This document shows positions 35,399 through 43,745 of a stretch of DNA of 64,000 nucleotides, in pieces. Every line of letters begins with the position of its first letter. Position 1 is the stretch's first letter. The notes under the pieces were generated by a model. It worked only from the letters and a program-made list of their open reading frames with translations. It had not been told where the DNA came from and ran no database searches. The DNA is from an uncultured Verrucomicrobiae bacterium (GTDB lineage Bacteria; Verrucomicrobiota; Verrucomicrobiia; Limisphaerales; UBA11358). The DNA lies in the NCBI GenBank assembly GCA_963827205.1, contig CAWHAH010000002.1, positions 194,433-258,432 on the forward strand. The letters are read 5' to 3'. Both the position numbers and the translations under genes were made by a program.

Positions 35399-36292
35399 AT
35401 GAAAAGCGCCTTGGATTGCCTGCCTTGTTTCGTGTCGCAAGGACTGAACGTCGCGCGCATGGCGACTTCGGACCCGCGCGTTCAGGAACAGATTCTGCGC
35501 GAAGTGCTGCGCCGCGCCAGTCAGTCGGATTTGGCCAAGTCGCCGCCGCTGTTTGGCCGGAGCCTTCACCAGTGGGTGCGCGAGCTTGCGGGCCAGGCAG
35601 ATCCGTATTTGGCCGTCAAACAGGAATCAAACCGGCTCGCGCTGGCGCTGTTGCCCGCCTGGCGCGAGCGGCTGCGGACGGCGGAAAACCCGCGCCAGAC
35701 CGCCGTGAAAATGGCCATTGCCAGCAACGTCATTGACTATGGCATCAAGGGCGATCTTACGGCGGAAATAATTCCCGCTGCGCTGGAAAGGTCTTTTGCC
35801 GGGCCGTTCATGGGCGACGTGGACGGATTTTTCGCGGCGGCGGAGCGCGCGACCGAGATTCTTTTTCTGGCGGACAACGCGGGGGAACTGGTCTTTGACC
35901 GGCTACTCCTCGAATTGCTGCCGCGCGAAAAAATCACCGTCGTGGTCAAAGGCGGCCCGGCCATCAACGACGCCTTGCGCGCGGACGCCACGGTGGCCGG
36001 CCTCGACGGCTGGGTGGCGGTGACGGACACCGGCTGCGACGGCGCGGGCATTGAGCTGGCAGCGTGCAGCCCGGAGTTTCAGCGGCGGTTTGCGCGGGCC
36101 GATCTGATCATCGCCAAGGGACAGGCGAATTTCGAGTCGCTGGACGGCTGTGGGCAAAACATTTTTTTCATGTTCAAGGTCAAGTGTTCCGTCGTGGCCC
36201 GGCATATCGGCCACGCGGTCGGGAGCCTGGTCTTGCACCGCAATGTTCCCGAGGCGGCGGAACTGGTCCTCGCCAAAACAACAAAAGCTTGA
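35399..36292 (+). CDS. DUF89-family protein (damage-control phosphatase ARMT1-like)
   Basis: 297-aa ORF; CLPCF N-terminus, LADNAGELVFD metal motif, IAKGQANFESL. Confidence 0.8.
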   Translation: MKSALDCLPCFVSQGLNVARMATSDPRVQEQILREVLRRASQSDLAKSPPLFGRSLHQWVRELAGQADPYLAVKQESNRLALALLPAWRERLRTAENPRQTAVKMAIASNVIDYGIKGDLTAEIIPAALERSFAGPFMGDVDGFFAAAERATEILFLADNAGELVFDRLLLELLPREKITVVVKGGPAINDALRADATVAGLDGWVAVTDTGCDGAGIELAACSPEFQRRFARADLIIAKGQANFESLDGCGQNIFFMFKVKCSVVARHIGHAVGSLVLHRNVPEAAELVLAKTTKA

Positions 36293-36318
36293 GCCATAAA
36301 CAGGCAACGAATGACACC

Positions 36319-36729
36319 ATGAAAAAGAATCAACCAACAAATGCTGCCTCTACTACCGACGGCCTGAATCTCGTCGCCCAAGCATGGGAGAACCGCGAAG
36401 GACCGGCGGTATTCGCGACCGTGGACGCGGCGAAAACGCCCAACGCCATTTACGTCGGCGAAATCCGCCACGTTCCCGGCGAAGGGTTCATTGTGGCGGA
36501 CAATTATTTCTGCAAAACCCGCGCCAACATCAAGAGCGGGACAAAAGGCGCCGTTTTGTTGCTGACGAAGGACCGGAAGTCGTTTCAGGTGAAAGGTCCG
36601 CTGACCTATCACACTCAAGGCCCCGTCTTCGATAACATGCGGTCTTGGCATCATTCGAAACTTCCAGGCGCGGCGGCGACGCTCCTGCGGGTTGAAGAGG
36701 TTTACAGCGGCGCAGAAAAATTGTATTGA
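36319..36729 (+). CDS. pyridoxamine 5-phosphate oxidase-like FMN-binding split-barrel protein
   Basis: 136 aa from ATG 36319; pattern AVFATVDAAKTPNAIYV...FCKTRANIKSGTKGAVLL fits the PNPOx-like fold (by eye). Confidence 0.6.
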   Translation: MKKNQPTNAASTTDGLNLVAQAWENREGPAVFATVDAAKTPNAIYVGEIRHVPGEGFIVADNYFCKTRANIKSGTKGAVLLLTKDRKSFQVKGPLTYHTQGPVFDNMRSWHHSKLPGAAATLLRVEEVYSGAEKLY

Positions 36730-37742
36730 TGCATTCGACATCCCAACCGCGCGGCCATGTTTTCGGCCCGGTGCCCTCCCGCCGCCTCGGGCGTTCGCTG
36801 GGCGTGGACCTGGTGCCGCTCAAGACCTGCACCTTCGATTGTATTTACTGCCAGTTGGGCCGTACGACGAAAAAAACCGTTGAACGCAAGGAATGGACGC
36901 CGACGAACGCGGTGCTGGATGAGTTGAAACGCAAGCTCGCCTGCCGGCCGGACTACATCACCTTAAGCGGCTCGGGTGAACCGACACTGCACTCGGGCCT
37001 CGGCGACATCATCGAGCATATCCAGGCCTTGACGGACGTGCCGGTGGCGGTATTGACAAACGGGTCGCTGCTGTGGCAGCCGCAGGTGCGCGCCGAACTG
37101 GCCCTGGCCGACGTGGTTCTGCCCTCGCTCGATGCCGGCGATGCCTTCAAATTCGAGTTCATCAACCGGCCGCACGCCAGTCTTTCGTTTGACCAGGTGG
37201 TCGGGGGCTTGGTCGCGTTCCGACGCGAATTCCCGGGGCAGTATTGGCTGGAAGTGTTCCTCTTGGCGGGTTGCACAGCCATCCTCGCCGACGTGGATCG
37301 CATCGCCGCGTTGGTCAAAAAAATCAGGCCTGACCGCGTGCAACTGAACACCGTCGCGCGTCCGCCAGCGGAGGAATTTGCCCTGAGCGTGGCGCCGGCG
37401 GAACTGGCCCGTTGGGCGCGCCGGTTCTCTCCTCGCGCCGAAGTGGTGGCCGAGCGGCCCTCGCGGCTGGCCCACAAGTCGCGGACGCTGGACGCGCGCA
37501 CCGTGCTCGACCTGCTATTGCGGCGTCCCTGCACCGCCGAGGACATCGCGCGGGGCTTGGGCGCGAACCGGCTGGAGATTCTCAAGCGGCTGGAGGCGCT
37601 CGTTGCGCGAGGCGCACTCGAAATATCCCGCCATGAAGGTGAAATTTATTATCGCGCCAGTGCGATCCCATCCGGTCATCCACCGGAGGGTTCATTCCGC
37701 TGCTCGAAGAAACGAACAACCAAACAAAAGAATCATGAATAA
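36729..37742 (+). CDS. radical SAM protein (COG0731-like) with C-terminal winged-helix-like region
   Basis: GPVPSRRLGRSLGVDL then CTFDCIYC (CxxxCxxC); its ATG shares one nt with the upstream TGA. Confidence 0.85.
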   Translation: MHSTSQPRGHVFGPVPSRRLGRSLGVDLVPLKTCTFDCIYCQLGRTTKKTVERKEWTPTNAVLDELKRKLACRPDYITLSGSGEPTLHSGLGDIIEHIQALTDVPVAVLTNGSLLWQPQVRAELALADVVLPSLDAGDAFKFEFINRPHASLSFDQVVGGLVAFRREFPGQYWLEVFLLAGCTAILADVDRIAALVKKIRPDRVQLNTVARPPAEEFALSVAPAELARWARRFSPRAEVVAERPSRLAHKSRTLDARTVLDLLLRRPCTAEDIARGLGANRLEILKRLEALVARGALEISRHEGEIYYRASAIPSGHPPEGSFRCSKKRTTKQKNHE

Positions 37743-38154
37743 AGACAAATTGATCCAAGGATTAAACCAAGATCTCGCTGCCGAACTCGGCACCGTCATC
37801 CGTTACACCTATCAAGCCGCTAAATGCTACGGCCTGTTGGCGGCGGAATTGCGCGAACTGCTGGCGAAGGAAGCACAGGACGAACTGGGCCATGCCGCCT
37901 TTCTGATGGACGTCATTCAAGACCTGGGCGGCGAACCTGCCACCACGCCAAAGCCGTTCGAGAAGCCCGCCGACCTCAAAGGAATGCTCGAACTGGACGT
38001 GAAGATGGAGGCGGAGGACGTGGCCAACTATCTGGCGCACGCCAAACTGGCGGAACAGCTCAACCTTCCCGAACTCAAGATGAAGCTGGAAGAGATGGCC
38101 GCCGACGAGGCGGGTCATGGCCGCGAGCTGCGCCGACTCGTGAAAGGACTCTAA
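37735..38154 (+). CDS. ferritin-like (bacterioferritin/Dps-fold) di-iron protein
   Basis: 139 aa from ATG 37735; two ExxH motifs (QDELGHA, ADEAGHG); 8-nt overlap with the radical SAM gene. Confidence 0.7.
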   Translation: MNKDKLIQGLNQDLAAELGTVIRYTYQAAKCYGLLAAELRELLAKEAQDELGHAAFLMDVIQDLGGEPATTPKPFEKPADLKGMLELDVKMEAEDVANYLAHAKLAEQLNLPELKMKLEEMAADEAGHGRELRRLVKGL

Positions 38155-38158
38155 AGAC

Positions 38159-38686
38159 ATGAACAGTGGAGACAAACCTCTAGCCGGCCAGCGCATTGGC
38201 ATGTTCGGCCGCGGTGAACACAGCGACACCCTCCGGCAGAAAGACTATTTCAAGAAAAACAGGTTTGACCGCGACCTGCTCGCCCAACTGCCGCCGGGCA
38301 ACTTCACCGTCGCCGTGCGCGGCGCTCCGGTGCTCAATGGCGCCACGCTGGCGGACGCCGAGTGGGCGGGTTTGGCCGGGTTTTGCGAGATCATCACCAA
38401 CGGCTCGGACGCGCCGGGCACGCTGCTCGGAGATTGTTCACCGGAATTTCGCGCGCGGTTTGCGGCGGCGGACGTGGTCATTGCCAAGGGCCAGGTGAAT
38501 TACGAATCGCTGGCCGGCGTCAACCAGAACATTTTCTTTCTGCTCAAGGTCAAATGCCCGGTAATCGCGGAGCGGTTGCAATGTCCGGTTGGTGGCCTTG
38601 TGTTACACCATTTATTGCCGACCACGCTGCTCGAAGAAAAGAAACGCCGGGCACAGGATTCAGGTTCAAAGAAAGGCAAGTTTTGA
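38159..38686 (+). CDS. truncated DUF89 paralog (C-terminal half only) with an unrelated 38-aa N-terminus
   Basis: Residues ~39-150 align by eye with the C-half of 35399..36292 (CSPEF.RRFA.AD..IAKGQ.N.ESL....QNIFF..KVKC.V). The N-terminus includes the 66-bp repeat. May be a pseudogene. Confidence 0.5.
   Translation: MNSGDKPLAGQRIGMFGRGEHSDTLRQKDYFKKNRFDRDLLAQLPPGNFTVAVRGAPVLNGATLADAEWAGLAGFCEIITNGSDAPGTLLGDCSPEFRARFAAADVVIAKGQVNYESLAGVNQNIFFLLKVKCPVIAERLQCPVGGLVLHHLLPTTLLEEKKRRAQDSGSKKGKF
38207..38272 (+). repeat. 66-bp direct repeat, copy 1
   Basis: ggccgcggtgaacacagcgacaccctccggcagaaagactatttcaagaaaaacaggtttgaccgc; 64/66 identical to 40990..41055. Confidence 0.9.
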
Positions 38687-38732
38687 TGACCAACTCATTC
38701 TCCATTTCGGTCAAAAAAGGAAAACACAAACT

Positions 38733-40448
38733 ATGAAGCCCACTCGCATTCTCATCATCGGCGGCGTGGCCGCCGGCGCCAAGGCAGCGGCCCGCGCCCG
38801 ACGCCGCGACCCGCACGCGGACATCACCCTCGTCGAACGGGGACGGCTGTTGTCCTACGCCGGTTGCGGCATGCCCTATTATATCCAAGGCCAAGTCCAC
38901 GATTTTCACGAACTCATGTCCACGCCCGTGGGCGTGATCCGCGACGGGACGTTCTTCCAGAACGTGAAAGCCATCCGCGTGCTCAACCAGACGCTCGCGG
39001 AGAAGATTGATCGCGCCGGCAAAACGCTCAACACCGTCAATGTTGCCACCGGCGAAAAGACCGATCTGCCCTACGACAAACTCGTGCTGGCCACGGGCGG
39101 CATTCCGGTCGAACCGCGCATGGAAGGCGCGGACCTCAATCGCGTGTTTCGCCTGAATTCGCCCGACGACGCGCTGGCGATTCGCGAGGCCACCGAGCAT
39201 GGCAATGTCAAACGGGCCGTGCTGATCGGCGGCGGGTTGATCGGTTTGGAAACCGCCGAGGCGTTTGTCGCCCGCGGCATTCAAGTCACCATCGTCGAGA
39301 TGTTGGACCAATTGCTGCCTGCCTTGCTGGACTGGGAAGTGGCGGCGTTCCTGGAAAAGTATCTGCGCGGACGCGGCCTTGACATCCGGCTCGGCCAGAA
39401 GGTTACGCGGCTGGAAGGCGATGCGGACGGCAACGTCGCGCGCGTGCAGGCCACGGCCGGCACAATCGAGGCGCAAATGGTGTTGATCGCCATCGGCGTC
39501 CGCCCGAACGTCCAGCTCGCCAAAGACGCCGGTCTGGCCCTCGGCACGACTGGCGCGATTGCCGTCAACGACCAGCTTCAGACGAGCGACCCGGACATTT
39601 ACGCTGGCGGCGACTGCGTGGAATGCACGCATTTGCTCACCGGGCAGAAGGTGTTCGTGCCGCTCGGCTCGACGGCCAACAAACATGGCCACGTCATCGG
39701 CGACAATATCACCGGCGGCCAGTCCCGTTTCCCCGGCATCCTCGGCACGACGGTGTTCAAGGTGCTCGATTACAATCTCGCGCGCACCGGCCTGACCGAA
39801 AAGCAAGCGCGTCAACTGGGTTACAATGCGCTGACCGCGCTGGTGCCTGGCCCCGACCGCGCCCACTACTATCCGACGGCGGCCACCTTGCTGGTGAAAC
39901 TTGTCGCCGACGCCGCCAACGGACGCTTGCTAGGTGCGCAGGCTCTTGGCCCCGGCGACGCGGTGAAACGCATTGATGTGTTGGCGACCGCGCTGACGTT
40001 CGGCGCAACGATTGATCACTTGCCGGACTTGGACCTCGGCTACGCCCCGCCATATTCGTCGGCCGTTGACCCGCTGGCTCATGCCGCCAACGTGTTGCGC
40101 AACAAACGCGACGGCTTGGCCAAGGCGCTCACGCCGCAAGAACTGAAAGCCAAACTCGACACTAACGCTCCCGTCGTGCTGCTGGATGTGCGCACGCCGC
40201 CGGAGCGCGACCAGGGGCAACTGCGCGACCCGCGCGTGGTCTGGATTCCGCTGGGCCAGTTGCGAAACCGGCTGGCCGAACTGCCGCGCGACAGGGAGAT
40301 CGTCTGTTTCTGCAAAGTCAGCCAGCGCGGTTACGAAGCGCAGCGGGTGCTGGATGGCGAAGGATTTGCCAACGCCAAGTTTCTCGATGGCGGCCTGGTC
40401 GCATGGCCGTATCCGCTTCAAGCCGGCAACCACAAAGAAAGGCAGTGA
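38733..40448 (+). CDS. CoA-disulfide reductase-type FAD oxidoreductase fused to a C-terminal rhodanese domain (persulfide-reductase type)
   Basis: 571 aa from ATG 38733. GGVAAGAKAA FAD motif, single active Cys in SYAGCGMPY, second Rossmann GGGLIGLE, rhodanese loop CKVSQR. Confidence 0.85.
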   Translation: MKPTRILIIGGVAAGAKAAARARRRDPHADITLVERGRLLSYAGCGMPYYIQGQVHDFHELMSTPVGVIRDGTFFQNVKAIRVLNQTLAEKIDRAGKTLNTVNVATGEKTDLPYDKLVLATGGIPVEPRMEGADLNRVFRLNSPDDALAIREATEHGNVKRAVLIGGGLIGLETAEAFVARGIQVTIVEMLDQLLPALLDWEVAAFLEKYLRGRGLDIRLGQKVTRLEGDADGNVARVQATAGTIEAQMVLIAIGVRPNVQLAKDAGLALGTTGAIAVNDQLQTSDPDIYAGGDCVECTHLLTGQKVFVPLGSTANKHGHVIGDNITGGQSRFPGILGTTVFKVLDYNLARTGLTEKQARQLGYNALTALVPGPDRAHYYPTAATLLVKLVADAANGRLLGAQALGPGDAVKRIDVLATALTFGATIDHLPDLDLGYAPPYSSAVDPLAHAANVLRNKRDGLAKALTPQELKAKLDTNAPVVLLDVRTPPERDQGQLRDPRVVWIPLGQLRNRLAELPRDREIVCFCKVSQRGYEAQRVLDGEGFANAKFLDGGLVAWPYPLQAGNHKERQ

Positions 40449-40451
40449 GTT

Positions 40452-40913
40452 ATGGGAGAATACAGCCTCTCTACACTCGTGGAATTGCCCTTCGAGCGGG
40501 CACTCCGCGAAACGCGCCAGGCATTGGAACAGGAAGGTTTCGTCCTCATCACTGAAATTGATCTACAAGCGCAGTTGGCGGTGAAATTGAACCGGCAGAT
40601 TCGTCCCTACACCATCCTGGGCGTGTGGGTGCCCGCGTGGGAATACGAGGCATTGAGTCGCGAACCGGACATCGGGCTGCTCATGCCCAGCCACGTCTGC
40701 CTGTGGGACAACGGAGATGGCACTTGCACGTTGGCCACCGCCGACCTCAAACACCTGTGCCACACGGAAAAGAACCCGCCTCTGGCCGAAGCCGCCCGCG
40801 CCGTCAACGCCCGGCTGCGGGCAGTCGTGGCTTCGGTGCAGTTTGCCCGGACGACGGACACGCCCCAGCCGTCTTCGCCCGCTGAACGTTCGGACACCGA
40901 ATACAACAAATGA
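40452..40913 (+). CDS. DUF302-domain protein
   Basis: 153-aa ORF; FVLITEIDLQA...YTILGVW...LLMPSHVCLW matches the DUF302 pattern. Confidence 0.75.
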   Translation: MGEYSLSTLVELPFERALRETRQALEQEGFVLITEIDLQAQLAVKLNRQIRPYTILGVWVPAWEYEALSREPDIGLLMPSHVCLWDNGDGTCTLATADLKHLCHTEKNPPLAEAARAVNARLRAVVASVQFARTTDTPQPSSPAERSDTEYNK

Positions 40914-41128
40914 AACTGAAATTCACACCCATCGGTCTGATTCATTCGCCGCATCGTCAGGCGGAAGGCACCCCGATTCAACCGCGCTGGGCGGCGGTGA
41001 GCACAGCGACACCCTCCGGCAGAAAGACTATTTCAAGAAAAACAGGTTTGACCGCATCCCCGCTCTGTTTGAGGAATGAATTCTTTGACCACGGTATAAC
41101 CCATCGAAGCGCCGTGGCTCAGCAATAA
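40910..41128 (+). pseudogene. TrmO/TsaA N-terminal fragment (about 28 codons) truncated at the 66-bp repeat
   Basis: MKLKFTPIGLIHSPHRQAEGTPIQPRWAA compares with the intact paralog MKLELTPIGLIHSPHHQAAGTPIQPPWAA (42283). Homology ends where repeat copy 2 begins. Confidence 0.65.
40990..41055 (+). repeat. 66-bp direct repeat, copy 2
   Basis: ggcggcggtgagcacagcgacaccctccggcagaaagactatttcaagaaaaacaggtttgaccgc. Confidence 0.9.
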
Positions 41129-41141
41129 AAGGCACGTGCTT

Positions 41142-41552
41142 ATGAATAACGTGATTGAAATCCCGGGCGCGCAGTTTGAGCTTGAAATGCGAACTGCGAC
41201 GCAGCCTGTGTTGGTGCATTTCTACACTTCGTCGTCAGGTCAATGTCGCATTCTGGCTCAGTCACTGGAAACGCTCGCCAGCGAGCTTGCCGGCGGACTG
41301 AGCATTCGCCAGGCAAACCTGGATGACCACGCTGAACTGGCGCGGCGTTACAGCATCACTGATGTTTCGACGTTGATTCTGTTCGACAACGGCGCGCCGA
41401 TCGCGTGCTTTGCCGGGTCAATCTGTCCACGCGAGCTAAAGGCGCATTTGCATGGCCTGCTTGCGGACTATGCGCCGCCGCGCGGGAGGGGGCAGCGGCA
41501 CCTGGGACGCGCGGCCCCGCAATTAACAGATGACGCGGCCAGAACCGGCTGA
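41142..41552 (+). CDS. thioredoxin-fold protein with monothiol SxxC site
   Basis: VLVHFYTSSSGQCRIL replaces the WCGPC motif; the rest (ITDVSTLILFDNG) is Trx-like. Confidence 0.6.
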   Translation: MNNVIEIPGAQFELEMRTATQPVLVHFYTSSSGQCRILAQSLETLASELAGGLSIRQANLDDHAELARRYSITDVSTLILFDNGAPIACFAGSICPRELKAHLHGLLADYAPPRGRGQRHLGRAAPQLTDDAARTG

Positions 41553-41580
41553 CGCTGCTTGAGCAACTGAAGGTGCATCT

Positions 41581-42276
41581 ATGAAAGTGATTGGACTGAT
41601 TGGCGGAATGAGTTGGGAATCTACGGTCGAATACTACCGCCTGATGAACGAATCCGTGAAAGAGAAGCTGGGTGGGCTGCATTCTGTCAAGTGCGTTCTT
41701 TACTCGGTTGACTTTGCCGAAGTGGAGGGGTTGCAACGCCGGGGGCAGTGGGCGAAGGCGGCTCAACTCCTGGTGGACGCCGCCCAAAACGTGGAGAGAG
41801 CCGGTGCTGACCTGGCGCTCATTTGCACCAACACGATGCATAAGCTGGCCGACACGGTTCAAGCCGCCATCGGTATTCCCCTGTTGCACATCGCCGACGC
41901 CACAGCGGAAAAGGTCAAGCAGGCTGGAATTCAGCGAGTCGGGTTGCTGGGCACTCGATTCACGATGGAAGAAGATTTCTACCGGGGCCGCTTGACCGAT
42001 CAATTTGGTTTGGAAGTGGTGATTCCCGACCCCGAGGACCGGGAAACGGTGCATCGCATCATTTACGAGGAACTCTGCGTCGGCACGATCCGGCCCGAGT
42101 CGAAAGCGCGGGTTGCCGGCATCATGAGCCGACTGGTTGAGATGGGCGCCCAAGGAATCATCCTGGGATGCACGGAACTGGGTCTGCTACTCGATGCCCA
42201 GGACAGCCGCGTGCCGCTCTTTGACACGACGCGCGTGCATGCGATGGCCGCCGTGGAACTCGCGTTCAAATCATAG
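41581..42276 (+). CDS. aspartate/glutamate-family racemase (aspartate racemase type)
   Basis: 231-aa ORF; IGLIGGMSWEST, CTNTMH and GCTELG catalytic Cys motifs. Confidence 0.85.
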   Translation: MKVIGLIGGMSWESTVEYYRLMNESVKEKLGGLHSVKCVLYSVDFAEVEGLQRRGQWAKAAQLLVDAAQNVERAGADLALICTNTMHKLADTVQAAIGIPLLHIADATAEKVKQAGIQRVGLLGTRFTMEEDFYRGRLTDQFGLEVVIPDPEDRETVHRIIYEELCVGTIRPESKARVAGIMSRLVEMGAQGIILGCTELGLLLDAQDSRVPLFDTTRVHAMAAVELAFKS

Positions 42277-42282
42277 TCACCC

Positions 42283-42777
42283 ATGAAGCTCGAACTCACA
42301 CCCATTGGTCTGATCCACTCGCCGCATCATCAGGCAGCAGGCACGCCGATCCAACCGCCATGGGCGGCAGGCATCGAAGGCACGGTGGTTTTACTCCCTG
42401 AATTCGCGCCGGGCTTGCGCGACCTCGCCGGCTTTGACCGCGTCTGGTTGATCTACTGGTTCGACCGGGCGCGCGCGGCGCAACTTGAAGTCGTCCCCTA
42501 CCTCGACACGCAGACACGCGGAGTCTTTGCCACGCGCGCCCCGAGCCGGCCCAATCCCATCGGGCTTTCCTGCGTGCGGCTCTTGGCCGTCGAAGGGTTG
42601 CTGCTCCGCGTGGCGGATCTGGACGTGCTGGACGGCACGCCGCTGTTGGACATCAAGCCTTACGTGCCGGATTTCGACATGTTTCTGACCGAACGGATTG
42701 GATGGTATGCCCGCGCTCGCGGAACGCGGATCGCCGACGGACGCTTCGCGAAAGGTGCAAAGAACCAATCAACATGA
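42283..42777 (+). CDS. trmO: tRNA m6t6A37 methyltransferase TrmO (TsaA/YaeB family)
   Basis: 164-aa ORF; PIGLIHSP, FATRAPSRPNPIG and DGTPLLDIKPY signatures. Confidence 0.85.
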   Translation: MKLELTPIGLIHSPHHQAAGTPIQPPWAAGIEGTVVLLPEFAPGLRDLAGFDRVWLIYWFDRARAAQLEVVPYLDTQTRGVFATRAPSRPNPIGLSCVRLLAVEGLLLRVADLDVLDGTPLLDIKPYVPDFDMFLTERIGWYARARGTRIADGRFAKGAKNQST

Positions 42778-43010
42778 GCACCCGGAAAGCATCCTCATTC
42801 GACAAGGCCCTGGCCAGGGTCTGCGCGAACTGCCCAGTCGGCCGGCGCGCCCGAAAGCGGCAACTCGGCCTCGCCTTCTGGCTGGTGAAGCACGTCGAAG
42901 CCAGGCTGTGCCCCTTCTGCCGCGCATACGAACGGGTCTATGGACGCCCGGCACACGAGGCGTCAACAAGTCATCAATCATCCCCGCAGGCCAAAACTCC
43001 AACACCATGA
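42774..43010 (+). CDS. small Cys4 (CxxC...CxxC) hypothetical protein
   Basis: 78 aa; ATGA overlaps with trmO (42774-42777) and psd (43007-43010); CANC...CPFC. Confidence 0.5.
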   Translation: MSTRKASSFDKALARVCANCPVGRRARKRQLGLAFWLVKHVEARLCPFCRAYERVYGRPAHEASTSHQSSPQAKTPTP

Positions 43011-43738
43011 AAGAAAACTCCAAAGCCTTGGCGGCGGGGCGGCGCATCGTTGGGCGCGCGCTGGGGTGGCTGCTGATCTGGCTCGCCGGCGCAGGTCTGG
43101 CGTTATGGTTGAAGTCGTCGTTTATCGCCGTCGCACTGGCAGTTGCCGGCATGTGGATTCTGTTTTCAGCGTTCACGTTTTACTTCTTCCGCGATCCGGA
43201 ACCGCGCGTGCCCATCGCCCCGGAAGCAGTGATTGCTCCGGCGCATGGTTTGGTGGATTGCCTGGACGAAACGACGGAGCCGGAGTTTCTGAACGGCCCA
43301 TGCCGCCGGATTTCGATTTTTCTCTCGGTATTGGACGTGCATGTGCAAAACGCGCCTGTGGCCGGCAAAATTGTCTTTGTCAAACATCGTCCCGGCCGGT
43401 TTCTGAGTGCTCTGAAAACCGAGTCGGCAGAATTTAACGAGAGCGTGCTTATTGGGATTGAATCGCTCGAACAGCCCGGCGAGCGAATGGCCGTGCGCCA
43501 GATTGCCGGCGTGATTGCCCGGCGGATTGTGTCCTGGGTTGGCGTTGGCGACACGGTCGCGCGCGGCCAAAGGCTGGGATTGATTCAATTCGGCTCGCGC
43601 TGCGATTTATATCTTCCGTTGACCGCGCGAATCCAGGTCAAGCGGGGCGACCGTGTGGTCGGTGGTGAAACTGTGGTGGCCACGTGCGGCGGCGCAAAGG
43701 CCCTCTCAACCGACCCGACGCTTCTTTGCGATTTCTGA
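43007..43738 (+). CDS. psd: phosphatidylserine decarboxylase-family proenzyme (short, membrane-anchored type)
   Basis: 243 aa from ATG 43007; two TM helices, FFRDPEP, self-cleavage-type FGSR motif. Confidence 0.75.
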   Translation: MKENSKALAAGRRIVGRALGWLLIWLAGAGLALWLKSSFIAVALAVAGMWILFSAFTFYFFRDPEPRVPIAPEAVIAPAHGLVDCLDETTEPEFLNGPCRRISIFLSVLDVHVQNAPVAGKIVFVKHRPGRFLSALKTESAEFNESVLIGIESLEQPGERMAVRQIAGVIARRIVSWVGVGDTVARGQRLGLIQFGSRCDLYLPLTARIQVKRGDRVVGGETVVATCGGAKALSTDPTLLCDF

Positions 43739-43745
43739 CACTCCT

